DNA of 52,110 nucleotides from Girardia tigrina (Eukaryota): NCBI GenBank assembly GCA_001938485.1, contig MQRK01218639.1, positions 15,218 to 67,327 of the forward strand, read 5' to 3'. Shown piece by piece: positions 10,952 to 23,649 of this stretch (position 1 is its first letter; each line of letters starts with the position of its first letter). The notes under the pieces were generated by a model. It saw only the letters and a program-made list of their open reading frames with translations, ran no database searches and was not told where the DNA came from. The position numbers and the translations under genes were made by a program.

Positions 10952-11868
10952 TATTAATAATAATAACATTTATCACATTGTATTTTTCTTTAAACAAGAA
11001 TTTTTAAATTTGATTATTACTAAAAGCATTCGTAAATTTGCTTTCCTTTTTCTGTTAAACAATTTTCTAATTTGAAGCAATCATTCAAGCAGCAATCGGA
11101 ACACTTTAAAACTTTCCATCCTTTTTCAACACCTATAATTAAATATGTTTTATTTAAGTAATTTTATTGTAATATAAACCATTTTAACTTACATAGTGAA
11201 GCTGTGACCATTTGTTGCTCTTCAAGAAGAAAAGAAGAAAATGTGATTAAAACTATCAAAACTTTCTGAAATTTTGAAAATTATTTTTATAATTTTCGTT
11301 TTATAAATTGTAAATATTTCAAATCCTAATTTAATATTCTCACCATTTTTGTGGAACAAATTTTTTGTTTGTGCAAATTATTTTATGTATTTAAAAATAA
11401 AAATATTTTTTCTATACGTAATAAGGAAAATAAATTTGAATAAATATCGATTTGACCTAAAAAGAATATATTAGTATATATATTTATATTTACATAAATT
11501 TATATAACATATAAACATTTTTATTGCTTATTTTTCTGTGTCAACCTCATCACTGAAGTCGTTTCAGCAAGTGTTTCGACGAAACACATTAATATATTAT
11601 TAATATAAAAATATTTTCAATGTTCAATTCATGTAATAAAGAAATTTGAATATATAATTATTATTATACTCCAATAGAAAAAAAACCGAAATAAAATATA
11701 TAATATCGAACATAAAGTAAACGAAGTAATTAAGTATCACAAAATCCAAAGAAAAAACACTAAATGAAATAAAATAATTATAGATCATAATAAAGTAATC
11801 CTTTTACTCCAGGTTTCTTTCAAGAAATGTTCGGGATTCAATTATCGTTATTATATTGTCATTATTTT

Positions 11869-11916
<48 letters not shown>

Positions 11917-12642
11917 ATTGATCTCTCTCTCTATTACTGAAATAATTGTGACAATTGTGATAATTTTTTGTGTTTTTTATATAATTTTGATTTTGTGTTG
12001 TAAAAAATGAATGGTAAAAGATTAAATTTGTAAATTTAAAAAGAGAAAAAAATTATCGAAATTGTAAAACATTTTTGACCTTGCAAAAATTTGTTTTGCT
12101 GCACTAAATTAATTAACTATGAACTTTTTGTTGCTGGAAAATTTTGATTACAAATTGTTTTGGTGCCTTTTGAGACGATTGTTTGAAAATTGTAAAAAGA
12201 AAATAAAAAGAATTTCAATTTCCTGAGCATATCTTAATTTACATTTTTTCAATTCATCTAAAGTTACAAATCCAAATTACCTTTTATAACCAAATTTGAA
12301 TGGAATTAGTATATAGTTTAATTTTAAATGAGAAAGCATTGGTGAAATTACCAAATGAAAACGGCCAGTTTTTATCTATGAATGGTTGATATTTTTGGAC
12401 AAGATATTGTTATATCAACTAGATAAGTCTCCCGGACCTACCACGAGAACACTAATCGCCCGGAATATCGACACTGTTCAGCGTAAGCGATACGTACTTC
12501 TTGCCATCAACACTGTCAAGTCAAAGGACGACAGTCCGAGTTATGTCCCTACGAGATTGGCTAGAATCACATCTCTCGGAGAGATCTATGACAAACTCGG
12601 TCACATGGTCGGTCGATCGTATGAGGAGACAATTTCGGTTTT
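10952..12642 (+). repeat. ~1.7-kb segmental duplication, copy 2
   Basis: Collinear near-identity with 6424-8112. Confidence 0.95.
11020..11346 (-). CDS. Three-exon secreted Cys-rich (knottin-like) peptide, paralogue 2, 62 aa
   Basis: Exons 11346-11344, 11265-11193, 11132-11020; introns GTGAGA..CAG and GTAAGT..TAG. Product MKVLIVLITFSSFLLEEQQMVTASLCVEKGWKVLKCSDCCLNDCFKLENCLTEKGKQIYECF. Confidence 0.85.
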
Positions 12643-12685
12643 GATTAAAATATCTCAAACAGTGGAATTTCTGTCTCATGCGTGA
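12300..12685 (+). pseudogene. HEATR5: HEATR5 N-terminal fragment, copy 2
   Basis: Same motifs and same frameshift as 7770-8112; extends to ...EETISVLIKISQTVE. Confidence 0.85.
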
Positions 12686-13921
12686 GCTCGACTCGGTGGC
12701 GATCTTGGCGTTGTCCAAGCATTTGGAACGGAGTTCAAAAATCGTATTAACTAAAGACATGCTCCTCGATTTCAATGCCGTTGAGATTGATGTGGCGATC
12801 AATTGGAGATTCAGTCTTAATATTATCAATTCAATATGGGCCCAGCACTAGAACCCGAAAGTTTCCCTGTGCAAAATTGCTGCCTCAGTCCAATTCTCGT
12901 GGCAACTTAAGTGTCGGACGGAACAGGAAAGATACGAGATTTAAGACGAAAACTGCATCAAATTTTGATTCTTAATTTTGTAATAAATACTCACAATTCT
13001 TTAAAAAATTGGAATGGAAACAAATTGATAGAACTGATATTTCGAGACAAAAACGTGTAACTGAGGAAAAATGTTGTAGTGATTTAGTAAATCACGGTTT
13101 GAATTTTTTTCATCAAAATAAAAATTTATGTATATATTTTCTTTCGCACGCAGTGTTGAAATTGCAAATAATGTTTCTAAAAAAAGATAAAAAAAACTAT
13201 TTATAATTATCAAATTGTGTTTTAATAATTGAACAAAAATAAATTTCTCGTTGTTTGAATTATACGCGAGTTTGAATATTATTTATCTTGCGAATGAATG
13301 TATCTGAATGGAACTCAATCACGTCCCCAGTGAAATTAAAACGAATTATTGATAAAAATCAATTAGTGCGAGATGTCTTACCAAATTATTTCAAAGTGGT
13401 TATTTCTCATTGAAGTTTTATTTAAACTCCGATGAGCGCACGTATTTGGGGTAATTAGAGGCGACGAAGAATCTCAAAATCTATTCTCGCGACATCGGAG
13501 CGAACGTGAGATTATGCACATTTTGCCAACCTAACGAGCTTGATTGATCACATCATTGCTCGACTCGCGGTACTTTAGTTAACGACCGTGGTGATTCAAA
13601 CTTCATCGCACGTGGGCTAGATGGCGGCCCTATTCTACTTGATGATGTGCCATCCAAATCCAGTAATTTAACTTTTACCGGAGCCGGTCTTCTCCATCCA
13701 TTTTGCAAGAGAAAACAATGTGGTTCTAGGTGTTCGTCAGCCTCAAGTCCAGCCTCACACTCGCCTCGTTTTAAATGTAATCGGAAAATTGATTCTATAC
13801 CATTCCTTATGATCGATTAATGATATTTATTTGAATTAACCTAATATTTAATCGCAAAAAAACACCAAAATACAATAAAATATAAAATATTTTATCAATC
13901 GTCCACGTCATGGAAATGCAA

Positions 13922-14040
13922 AAAGTAGTTGCCATTGTGCTCAATACATCTCAGCCAACCTCCGGGGAGGCTGCGTATCCCATTTTGGAAAAAATCATGC
14001 GGTTTCTTGTCAAACCATGATCTGTGCGATATATTGTCGT
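13922..14040 (-). mobile_element. Mariner transposase C-terminal fragment
   Basis: WFDKKPHDFFQNGIRSLPGGWLRCIEHNGNYF matches the mariner C-terminal consensus. Confidence 0.65.
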
Positions 14041-14049
14041 AAGTGCCTT

Positions 14050-15130
14050 CGTTATCATATAATCATTATTTATTAAGTTTTTATAAAATGTTTTTTATAA
14101 AAGACTGTATTGATTCGACTGCTTGATAAAATCAAAATATAATAGTGAAAAATTTACGTGATGTAGATCATTTGTCACTTAACACCGATACTTGGACCTC
14201 AAATCGTCAATGTGGTTATATTTCTTTGACTAAAATTTATAATACCGATGATTGAAATTTGAAAACTTATTCTCTCACCACAAAAAATTTATCGGAAAAC
14301 CATACAAGAAGAAATATCGCCGAATAACTTTGTAAAAACTTGGATGATGGGAAGATAAATATTAGTATTATTGGTTTAATTATTACATATAATGCTAGAA
14401 AAATGAAATGTTGCATTTTAGGAGCCTAAATTTAAACATCAATCTTGCTTCGCACATCCAATACAGTTATTTTTAACAAAAGGGTTAGAATATGTTACAG
14501 ATTTACTCTAAAAGTATCGAAATTTCATTGGAAACTTTAAACACTTGAAACTTTAAACTTGAAGTTCGTAACATAAGTTGATTTAATAATTCATAACTAG
14601 ATGTAACTCTTTAGTTGACATATTAGAGCGTTTTTTGGAACAGAAGCTTTCCATTTCTGCAGTTCTACACTCTTATTCAAAAAGGGCAATAAAATATTAT
14701 CAGTTGAACTTTCTCTCAATTCTTAAACCTTGGAAATTGATAACAAAAGCATGCGTGGCGTAAAATATGATACTGAATTTTTAATATTACCTTGTGTTCA
14801 TCAGCTTTTGAATGTACCAACTCAACAAGCAGAACATTCGAAAGGAATAGCAAAAATGTTTGTCCAGCAATAATTATTGACTTAAAAGTGCGTTATCTAA
14901 TCAATAACTAATCATTAACTAACAAATCAAACTCTGGACATCCAAATAGACATTGCAACTCTTTTGAATCTTGTGATTCAAAGTCTTTAATTCCTTGAGG
15001 AAGAACAAAAAAACGGGAAAATTAATAATTTTCAAAACATTATACTTCAAATGGTTTTAATCCCGATGTCAATTGATTTACTGGTTTTTCAAAAGTTGTT
15101 TCCATTTTCTTTCGGCAAAAGATTTTTGCA
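14050..15130 (+). mobile_element. hAT (ZBED-like) transposase remnant
   Basis: SLNTDTWTS..GYISLT, ENHTRRNIAE, CFAHPIQL and TRCNSLVDILERFLEQ correspond to hAT motifs DxWTS, HT..NI, CxAHxLxL and TRWNS; many stops. Confidence 0.75.
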
Positions 15131-15134
15131 TTCA

Positions 15135-15317
15135 TCACAATCTCGTTTTCTGCAGATCAGCTTCATAGAAGCGGCCTAATATTTCCTTTTTTGTTTGATG
15201 ATTTGTTAGGTGATATGTTGGCGGATATTGATGATCGAGAACTCTGGATATGACAAAAATATTTTTGGTCCATTTAGTAAAATAACCTTTACGGAATGTT
15301 AATGACTTTCGTTTCAA
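15135..15317 (-). pseudogene. Polinton integrase C-terminal fragment
   Basis: FRKGYFTKWTKNIFVISRV..YPPTYHL....EILGRFYEADLQK. Confidence 0.8.
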
Positions 15318-15319
15318 AT

Positions 15320-15738
15320 TTTTATTGACTCAATAGAAGGAGTTTACAATGGATGACAATGGAGAATTCACTATACAACTGAAATTGAATAATGAATATT
15401 ATCTAATTCAACCGATGGTACTCAATACCAAAAATAATGATTATTATGATCTGTATAATACATTCGTCCAAACTTGCCGTGGATTCCAAGATAAGGCTCC
15501 GCTTCTGTCTATGAAAGATTGGAAAGATCTGTATCCGATTGTCTGTTTTGACACGTCGGGTATTGACAAAACAAGGGTCGTTAACAATGTTATCGTTACA
15601 GTCGTAATCAATAAAGATGTGAAATTTGAAGACAAAATATTCTGTCTAATCCTTCAAGAGGTAAGACTGAAAATGAATATTCGTATTTCCCAAATAACCA
15701 TTGTTGAGGAATTGCGTGGTGGATCTGGAAAAAAGTAG
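15320..15738 (+). pseudogene. Major capsid protein (double jelly-roll) C-terminal part
   Basis: LKLNNEYY...YYDLYNTF...PLLSMKDWKDLYPIVCFDTS resembles the Polinton MCP C-terminus; the 5' part is lost at the junction with the inverted integrase piece. Confidence 0.7.
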
Positions 15739-15761
15739 ACAAATAAATTCAGTGTTTCAAA

Positions 15762-16440
15762 ATGACGACAGACAGTTTGAAAATACGAAAATTGATTGAT
15801 ACTCAAACTCCTGGATTGGTACGCATCAAGGGCAAGGAAATATATCTGAATCGTGAAGCCCTGAAACGGATACGAAAATTGGAACAGAAAGGCGGTATGA
15901 TCGGAGACCATTATCATTCTGGAGGTATTTTCCCATTAGCGGCACTGATTCTGGCTTTTATTGCCGATCTTGAAGGTTTAACGGGAGCAGCCGCTGGAAT
16001 CGCCAAAACGGAATCGAGTGCGCGCGAAGTGCAAAAGAATGCAGCTGAAACAGAGAAAGCCAAACTGGAAACACAAAAATTGCAACAGGAATTGGCAAAA
16101 GCAGCAGCAGCCAATGCGGCAGCAAATGCTGCAACAGCAGCAACGCCAGTGGCGGCAACTGGATCGGTATTAAAGAAGAAGGGAAAGAAGGGTAAGGGAG
16201 CTGTATACAGCGATTCCGATGATGAAGATGAAGAATCGGACGAAGGCGATGGAGAAGGCTTGTATCTGGACGATTATGCCGGTACGGAATACAGAAATTC
16301 TTACGAGCCCAAATCAATAATTCCGCCAAATCGGATAAAGCCAAAAAGAAATGGTTAACGAAAAATAAAAAATTGGGAGGCAAAATAAAATGCCATTTCG
16401 ATGGTAGTGGATTGTACTTGGAACCATGGGATCCGAATAA
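15762..16440 (+). CDS. Polinton core/membrane-lytic precursor-like protein
   Basis: QKGG...SGGIFPLAALILAF amphipathic segment after GG sites, Lys-rich tract, and repeated GxGLYL motifs (GEGLYL, GSGLYL). Confidence 0.55.
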
Positions 16441-16492
16441 TAATTTTAAAAGATAAGCATCGAGATTTAAGAAAAATAGAATTCCTTAAAGA

Positions 16493-17600
16493 ATGAGCGC
16501 TCCTAAAGAATATATCGAGGAATTACATAATGGATTACAGAGAAAAATAGCAGCTGTAAAGGAGTATAATAAACAAGAATTGAATCAGCTTTGCGACCAA
16601 ATGAATTTTGAGGAAACTGCCCAGCAACTGTTTCAGCCCTTGATTGCATCAATGCAAATACACTTGAAGGATAAAGTTCAAAAGCTTAAAGATCAAGTGC
16701 TGAAGAATGAGAACGATCTAAAACGATATTCAAAATTTTGATAGCGAAAAATTAGAATCTTTTTATCAACAATACGCTCAGAAATTCCAGGAAAACCAAA
16801 ACGAAATCGATTCGTTATCACAGGAAATAATGTCTCAATCGCCGGAAGACCATAAATTCATAACAGAGCATCAGGCTGAAGCGAAACGAACGCTGGACGA
16901 ATTGTCGAAATATAGAGTAAAATATGAAAAACCATATATCAAGTTATTTTAAGTTAAGAAATATTATAAGAATTTCGGTCGTGCAAATTCATCCTTGAAA
17001 CCCAAATTCGGAAAAGATATTCATGGATATCAATATTTCTCCTTAAATAAATATTTATATGCTTTAGTAATTATTGATGGAAAATATTGGTTTGTGAGAT
17101 CTGATGAAACGCATAGATTCCAACCTGATAATATTTTCAACAACATCCTAATTGTGAATTGTAAAATTTTATCATCTCGAAAATATTCACTTGAGGAAAT
17201 AAATGCTTCATAAAATAAGTATCTCACATTACTGGACATGGTGAGAATAGATACTGAAAATAAAAATAATCCATATTTTAAAAATTGTAATAATGCTTTG
17301 GCTATTAGAGAGTTAGCAGACGAGCCAGATCCTTTGAAGAGTGAGGAGACTGTGTATGAAAGCGATATAACAGGTCAGGGAATTGATAAATCCGGATCAG
17401 ATCCCATTTCGCTATTCGCCTATCTGTATCGAATGATAGCGGCCCGCAAAGCGGGCCATGATGGTTTGGAGGATCATATCTGTAATACAATAACAAAATT
17501 GAAACGTAAAAAAAATGATTAGTAAAAGAGAAAGAATTGGTAAAGAGAAAGCAGAAGAAATATTATATAAAGTATTTGCATAAAATAAACTCTGTTGTCT
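16493..17600 (+). pseudogene. Conserved Polinton PZ-like protein, fragmented
   Basis: N-terminal QQLFQPLIAS and C-terminal GQGI..SDPISLFAYLYRMIAARKAGHD resemble the DPNEL..RL..L.ASKxAGN family. Confidence 0.6.
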
Positions 17601-17603
17601 AAA

Positions 17604-18356
17604 ATGGAGGGAAGTGGCTTTTCGACAACTTTTACACTATCGAGCATACAGTCTGAAATCAGAGTCCAAACGCCTGTACATTTGAATCTGGATCCCAAAT
17701 ATCGCTATGAGATCTGTCTGGTATGGTTCTCGACATGGAATACCGTTTACAATATTAATGATGAAAATAATTCGTTTTATCTCGTTCAAAAGGGAAAGGC
17801 AAAAGAGTTAAAGACTCTTAAGAATGGCGCTTGGGGATTCAAGGAGATAAATAAGAAGGTGGCTGAATTGATAAATAAAAATTTGAAATTGGAAACCGAT
17901 GAGAAGACATCGCTGTCACGAATGACAATCGCAGATAATTATGCAGTCGAATTCGATCAGAAATTGTTTCTGTACTCAATGCATGGATTTTCGACTACCA
18001 AAAGCGCCGAAGGCGCCAATAGCATAATTGGTCCAATAACGGATTTCGAATCCAAGTATACTTTCCAGATCACCGATATAAACATTTGCAATATTGACTG
18101 CTCGATCGCCAATGGTGGTTATGTGAGTATGGCGGATAACAAGATCCAGAATACCAATATCATTTACTCGTTTCCGGCATTCACAGTGCCAATCGGATAC
18201 AAGATCAATGAGCGACCGGCCTTTGTGACCTATTATCCGGTGTATCTTTACGAAATCAATGAGTTCACAGTACGAGTAATCGATAATAAGGGTCGCCTGA
18301 TCAATTTCAATAATGAGCATGTGAATATGTGTTTGCGACTGAAACAGAGTGTATAA
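17604..18356 (+). CDS. Polinton minor capsid (penton), apparently intact
   Basis: LNLDPKYRYEICLVWFSTWNTVYNI...GAW...ICNIDCSIANGGY...IIYSFP..VPIGYKINERP...YYPV...TVRVIDNKGRLINFNNE.VNMCLRLK. Confidence 0.85.
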   Translation: MEGSGFSTTFTLSSIQSEIRVQTPVHLNLDPKYRYEICLVWFSTWNTVYNINDENNSFYLVQKGKAKELKTLKNGAWGFKEINKKVAELINKNLKLETDEKTSLSRMTIADNYAVEFDQKLFLYSMHGFSTTKSAEGANSIIGPITDFESKYTFQITDINICNIDCSIANGGYVSMADNKIQNTNIIYSFPAFTVPIGYKINERPAFVTYYPVYLYEINEFTVRVIDNKGRLINFNNEHVNMCLRLKQSV

Positions 18357-18420
18357 TGAAAAATATAATTCAACCTAGAAAATGACTTTATTGGATTTTT
18401 TTAACCTTGGAGACATATTA

Positions 18421-18830
18421 ATGATATTTGGGGTTGATACGAGTACAAATGTTGAATTGATGAAATGGTCTAATAAATTGAAGATGGATATTCAAGTACT
18501 AATGGTTGATGATGTTGATGATAAGTTGGGTAATAAAAAATTGAGTATAATCAATTATCAAGATTCTGAAGAGAAAGGGAGTCATTGGGTTGGTTACTAT
18601 AATGATAAGAGTGGTTCTTTCTATTTCGATCCATTTGGCATTGAGCCGATGGCTGATTTCCCAAAGTGTATTTACAATACTATTCAGGTGCAGCCATATG
18701 ACACACGGCTATGCGGGTAATTGTGTATATATATTTTTATTTTAAGCTAAATAAATGTGATTGTAAAGATAAGAGGTACAAATTCGATTGTTTAATAGAG
18801 GAAATGTTAGATTGTTTATGGTCAGAGACC
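18421..18830 (+). pseudogene. Adenain-like (C5) cysteine protease, in-frame stop just after the catalytic Cys
   Basis: IINYQDSEEKGSHWV...YFDPFG...IQVQPYDTRLCG*LC. Confidence 0.85.
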
Positions 18831-18855
18831 CTTTTGTAATTTAGGATTCTAAAAA

Positions 18856-20988
18856 TGGATTCATACATTCTTGTTAATAAAGTTGGTTTGATACATCAGA
18901 TTGGAGGTATGAAACCGGAAGAATTGAATAATAAGATTGAAGCAAATAATAGAACTTTGATTTCTAACTGTGATGGACGTTATGTCAATAAGGATTGTGA
19001 TAAAATTAATTCATTATAAGTTAAAGATAAGTTAACGATTAGAGAAATGGATATTTATCGGGAAATAGGAACAATAAAAAATAAAATGTTAACAAATACA
19101 AATGCAATCATTGCGGTGAATAAAAGATGTAGTTCGGAAAAACATGAATTGGAAAAGAAAATTGATAATATTGATAAAGAGTTTAAACAGTTTAAGAAAG
19201 ATATTGAAAATATTAAGACAGATATAACAGAATAAAATGGATATTGATAATATTGGTAAGGAGGTAAAACAGTATTGTGAGGAATATTTTAAATTTGGTA
19301 TGTTGAAATTGGTTTGTTGAATTTTGTATGTTGAATTTAGTATTTGGAAATGTGTTTCTCCCACCCAGATGGAAAATTGATATTTTAGATGTTCACGATA
19401 AATAATTATTCGAGTATAATTTATATTTTAAAGTACAGAATAAGATATGTAAAAACATTAAGAATATTAAATCCTTTCAAATCTTCATATTAAAATTTAA
19501 ATAAATAGTTTTAACTAAGTTTTGAATTAATTAAATGTTCTTTCTTTACATAAAATAATTTTTAAATAAAATTAATATGTAAATAAAATTTAATACTAAA
19601 ACTACAAAATTTGAACTTTAAAAATAAAATCAGAAAATAATGAAAAATTTGTTCGAATAATTGTTTATTAACAAAAATTAATAAAAAAATATCAATTTAG
19701 AACGATGTCGAATGACGAGAGTTTTGCTGAGAATTGTCCAAAAGACAATTCTGATTGTAATGAAAATAAAAGTTTGAAAACCCATGTTGGTGTTCTTAAT
19801 AAGTATAATGATAATAATATTAAATCACAGGTTGAGTTGAATCTCTATAAGATGGATATTAGTAAAGAGTTAACGGATTTGAAAAATATTCAGAAAAGGA
19901 TTCTCTCCATAATAGAAAACAAAAAGCCAAAATAGAATGTCTTAAGAAAATGTATGTGAATAAATTGGGTAACTTGTATTTGGATGAGTTGTTTGTTAAT
20001 GAGTCCGGTGGAGATAAGATTCGTGGCGATTGGACCATTGATGGTGAATTGATTCTTAATAGTAATTTTACTTTATATGGTGATTTAATTCTTAATAGAT
20101 ACTTGACTGTGGATGGACGCTTGAAAGTAAAAGAATTAGAAGTCGAGAAAAATCTGATAAAGCCGATAAACCCGATTGGAGATATGAATATGAAAATTAA
20201 ATATAATAATAAATTCTCTTTTTCCGGTAAAGCACAATTATTAGAGAATCATAAAAACGGAATGAATAAATATATAAAAATAATTGCAAAATATTCAAGG
20301 CGGTATAATTTCTATATACCAAATTTTGATGATAGCAGTATAAAACAGGATCAAATTGATTATGAAACATTACGAAAATATAATATTGAAGATATAATGA
20401 AAAATCTTAGAATCTTACTATTCAACATTGGGTTTCATTATTAAATAGATTAGAAATTAATATTAATATTGATGATGTTGATGTTGATAAAAAAAGAAGG
20501 TTAAAAGACAACCTATTGTAAGTTATCGCCCTGTAATTTATGATAAAGATTATTTTAATTTTGCTGAATGGAAAAATGAATATTCTTTATATTTTTCTTC
20601 ATTAAAAAAAGTAATGAATGAAATCGATGAATCTTTACGTCATTTGAATTTTTATTTATTTGAAAAATATGTAAGGGAATTAAAAGATAAAAAAAAGGAA
20701 AATTATTATTGGGAAAATTTCTTGTTGAAAGTAGTATATCGAAGATTTAAGAAATTAAATGAAAAAGATTTTGAAATGATGTATACGATTTTCTATTTGA
20801 AACGGAAGACAAAAAGATTGGAAGCGAGAATTCGAACATTGGAAGTGTCTTTTAATAAATACACTGTGAAACAACCATCGAATCGTGAGAAAGCAAATGA
20901 AAAGATATTTCAGAAATTCGTGAATAAATTCGCTGAGAATGCATTATTGAATTTTAATGAAAAATTGAGTACAGTGAAAGCCGCTTAA
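18856..20988 (+). other. Run of short hypothetical ORFs, some fibre-like
   Basis: YVNK(D/L)..DKI motifs and beta-strand repeats (IRGDWTIDGELILNSNFTLYGDLILNRYLTVDGRLKV in 19950-20444); coiled-coil pieces. Confidence 0.4.
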
Positions 20989-21609
20989 TAAGACCAAATT
21001 CTGTGGGACCGAATCATTTCCTATGTTTCGAATATTAAAGCAGCCGCTTAATAGGACCAGTAAAAGTCGGTTAATGGGACCACTCATGAAACTGTTTGAC
21101 CCTTCAAACAACATGAAAGTCACGAAAAACGTGTTTTAGCGTAGGTCATACACCCACCCTAATCAACATACACATACACACGTAACAAAGAAGCAGGTCT
21201 TGACTGAATTTTTATTTACTGTATTTAAGTTTAAACCGTAAAATCCAGTACAGTACAGTATTACAAGTGTGAATACCCAAAGGCTGAATGCAACCATGAC
21301 AACTGTCATATTAAAATACAGTAAAGTAGTACAGAACTGTATTGCACAATACTGTACATAGTTAAAGCGTTTAACGTACTGTTTATACGAAGAGTGTGTA
21401 CTTCAGAGCTCTCAAACTGTTTAGACCATCGCAATCGGTTTGCAGGCAGTTTTAAACAAATGGCGACATTTAAAAACGCGCAAAATGTTGTAGCAGCTCG
21501 AAAAGTGTACTTTGTCAAAAAATAACACCACTTCGCTTAATGGGACCAGTCGGTTAATAGGACCAGTTGGGCTTGGGAAAAATGTGGTCCTATTAAGCGG
21601 CTTACACTG
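20972..21609. mobile_element. Non-autonomous pogo/Tigger-like MITE
   Basis: TIRs CAGTGAAAGCCGCTTAATAAGACCA / TGGTCCTATTAAGCGGCTTACACTG, TA TSD (20970-71, 21610-11), internal repeats of ttaat(a/g)ggacca; inserted in the 3' end of ORF 20614. Confidence 0.9.
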
Positions 21610-21959
21610 TATTAAATATCTATTTGCTTAAATATTTGAAATGCATTTTTATAAATTTGTTGTAAATCTTTACGATAAAGATTTTAAATTAATTAAAACG
21701 TTTCACTTGACATATCAGAATCAATTTGGGAATTGTGAAGGAGCTGAGAATAAGAAATATTATTTCATAATGGAAAAAATAAATTTTCATATTTTTCCAT
21801 ATTTAATATTTTATTATTATTTCAATTATAAATGACAGTATTTGATAAATACATACCTTCGATCTTAAAAAATATGATATAGTAATAAAATGAGAATTGA
21901 GAACCCTTTAGGGTGATAAAAAAAATAAATTAAAAAATGAGTGATGAAACGGATTTGAT

Positions 21960-22481
21960 GTGGCGGCCGAGGAACAGTATCGTCGTGAGTTGAATAGGCT
22001 GCATGTGAAATACTTTAAAAAAGATTTGGAATATCTGGCGGAGCATATTGAGCATTATCAGAAATTGCATAAGCGTTGGAAGCGGATTGCAATGACGATA
22101 AAATATACCAATGGAATATTGACGCTGGTTGGATCGGTAGGAGCAATAATCGTCGTATCGATAACATCACTGGGAACTTGGACAATTCCTCTGACAGCCG
22201 GCTTCGCCGGATTGGGAGTTCTGTCGAATATTGGTGACAATGGCTCCAATCTGATTACCGTTAAGAAATTGAAAAAATATAAAGATTACTTGAAAGAATT
22301 AGAAAAGACCAATGACGAACTGTTCATGTTTCATAAGAAGGCGTTGAGTGATACTGTGATTGCAGATCAAGAGTTGGAAATGAGTAAATCGATTTTGGAA
22401 AAATGTAAACAAAATATAGGTAAGTTAGCAAGTAATGAAAGAATGACAAGAATAAGAAAAATATTAAAACTGATACTTTGA
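21960..22481 (+). CDS. Two-TM Polinton membrane protein
   Basis: HYQKLHKRWKR + hydrophobic hairpin + KKLKKY...KKALSDTVIADQE; homologue at ~40600-41106. Confidence 0.6.
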   Translation: MAAEEQYRRELNRLHVKYFKKDLEYLAEHIEHYQKLHKRWKRIAMTIKYTNGILTLVGSVGAIIVVSITSLGTWTIPLTAGFAGLGVLSNIGDNGSNLITVKKLKKYKDYLKELEKTNDELFMFHKKALSDTVIADQELEMSKSILEKCKQNIGKLASNERMTRIRKILKLIL

Positions 22482-22899
22482 TTACAAATGAGCATTTAGA
22501 AAAATTGAAAGTTTTACTTGATAAAGTTAATAAATGACTATTTAAACTATTTAAACTATGTCGATAAATAATGAATGATAAATGATATTTGATGTAATAA
22601 ACTTTTTATTTATTTATTTATTTATTTCTAACGATTAAACTATGGGTCCCCTAAATGGATCCACCTTCGGTGCATGATAAATAATAAACTTTTTATTTTA
22701 TTCAAATCAATCAATATAAACAATCTAACATTTCTAAATTTTTATTATAACTTTAATTTGTTAGTCTATAAAACAATCGAGCCTTAATTTAATTTTAATT
22801 TTAATTTTATGGCCATACTGCGGTATGGCCTTTAGCTACGCTAAAATCTTGACCTCTCGATTCTCTCGACCTTTTCGGTATCCCGAATTGAAAATGCTA

Positions 22900-23645
22900 T
22901 AATATAAATAAAGAAAACATGGGAAGAAATTTTACAAATTTTATATTTTTTAGGGGAGTTGGATGATAATACCGTAGGTGATAATGTTTTAATCGACAAC
23001 ACGGTTAATGATTCCACTGGTATTTGGCGGAATACCAATGGAAATGTTAACTGTGAAGAAGAAGAAAACATAAAATAGAAAATAATAAAAACGAAATGGA
23101 TTCGATTGATGATGATAAAGATTTGGCTGATTATTTTAAATCGGATACGGATACGGATACGGAATCGGATAGTGATGATGATGATGATGATGTCCCGCTT
23201 TATTGTCGATTTTGTGATAAGCGATTTAAGAACGAAAAAGGAATTCCAATAATTGTAGCAGAGCTCATATAAGAAATGTTAATATGAGTTTAACAATGCT
23301 GAGATTAGTAGTGATGATGAAGATAGGAATAATATTGAATCGATTTCAAATGATGAATGTGGTTATTTGATTAAGTATTATTCAGATATTTGCTTGTCGA
23401 TTTTATCTGAAGATATTCGACAATTGATTGAAAGCTTGAAAGCCCAAAAAAGAAAAATGTCATATAAATTGCAATTAGAAGCTTCAGTGGTTTATGAACG
23501 GAAAACGATTACAGATGAAAATACATATCAAGAGTGCAAACCGATAATATTGAATACGCCAGCTTCAATGATAAGAAAAAAAAGGATATGAAAAATTTTG
23601 ATTTGGATTCGTTTTTGGAAATAAATTCCAAAATAACCGATAGAC
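22900..23645 (+). pseudogene. Probable pPolB 5' region (acidic tract, CxxC finger, terminal-protein-like segment) cut by Gypsy insertion
   Basis: Asp-rich tract, YCRFCDKRFK, then YKLQLEASVVYERK...FLEINSKI; abrupt GC shift at ~23650. Confidence 0.4.
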
Positions 23646-23649
23646 AAAA

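Larger units (their letters stand above)
15135..23645 (+). mobile_element. Polinton/adintovirus-like block B (integrase tail, MCP tail, core protein, PZ-like, penton, protease, fibre-like ORFs, membrane protein, pPolB 5' end)
   Basis: Ordered set of recognisable morphogenesis genes, truncated at both ends; no TIR found. Confidence 0.85.

Noticed and set aside
12830-13900. Moderately GC-rich stretch that might be further captured gene fragments
   Set aside because: No recognisable motif in any frame examined.
22811-22830. GGCCATAC-tgcg-GTATGGCC hairpin as terminator or origin
   Set aside because: A single 8-bp stem with no supporting context.
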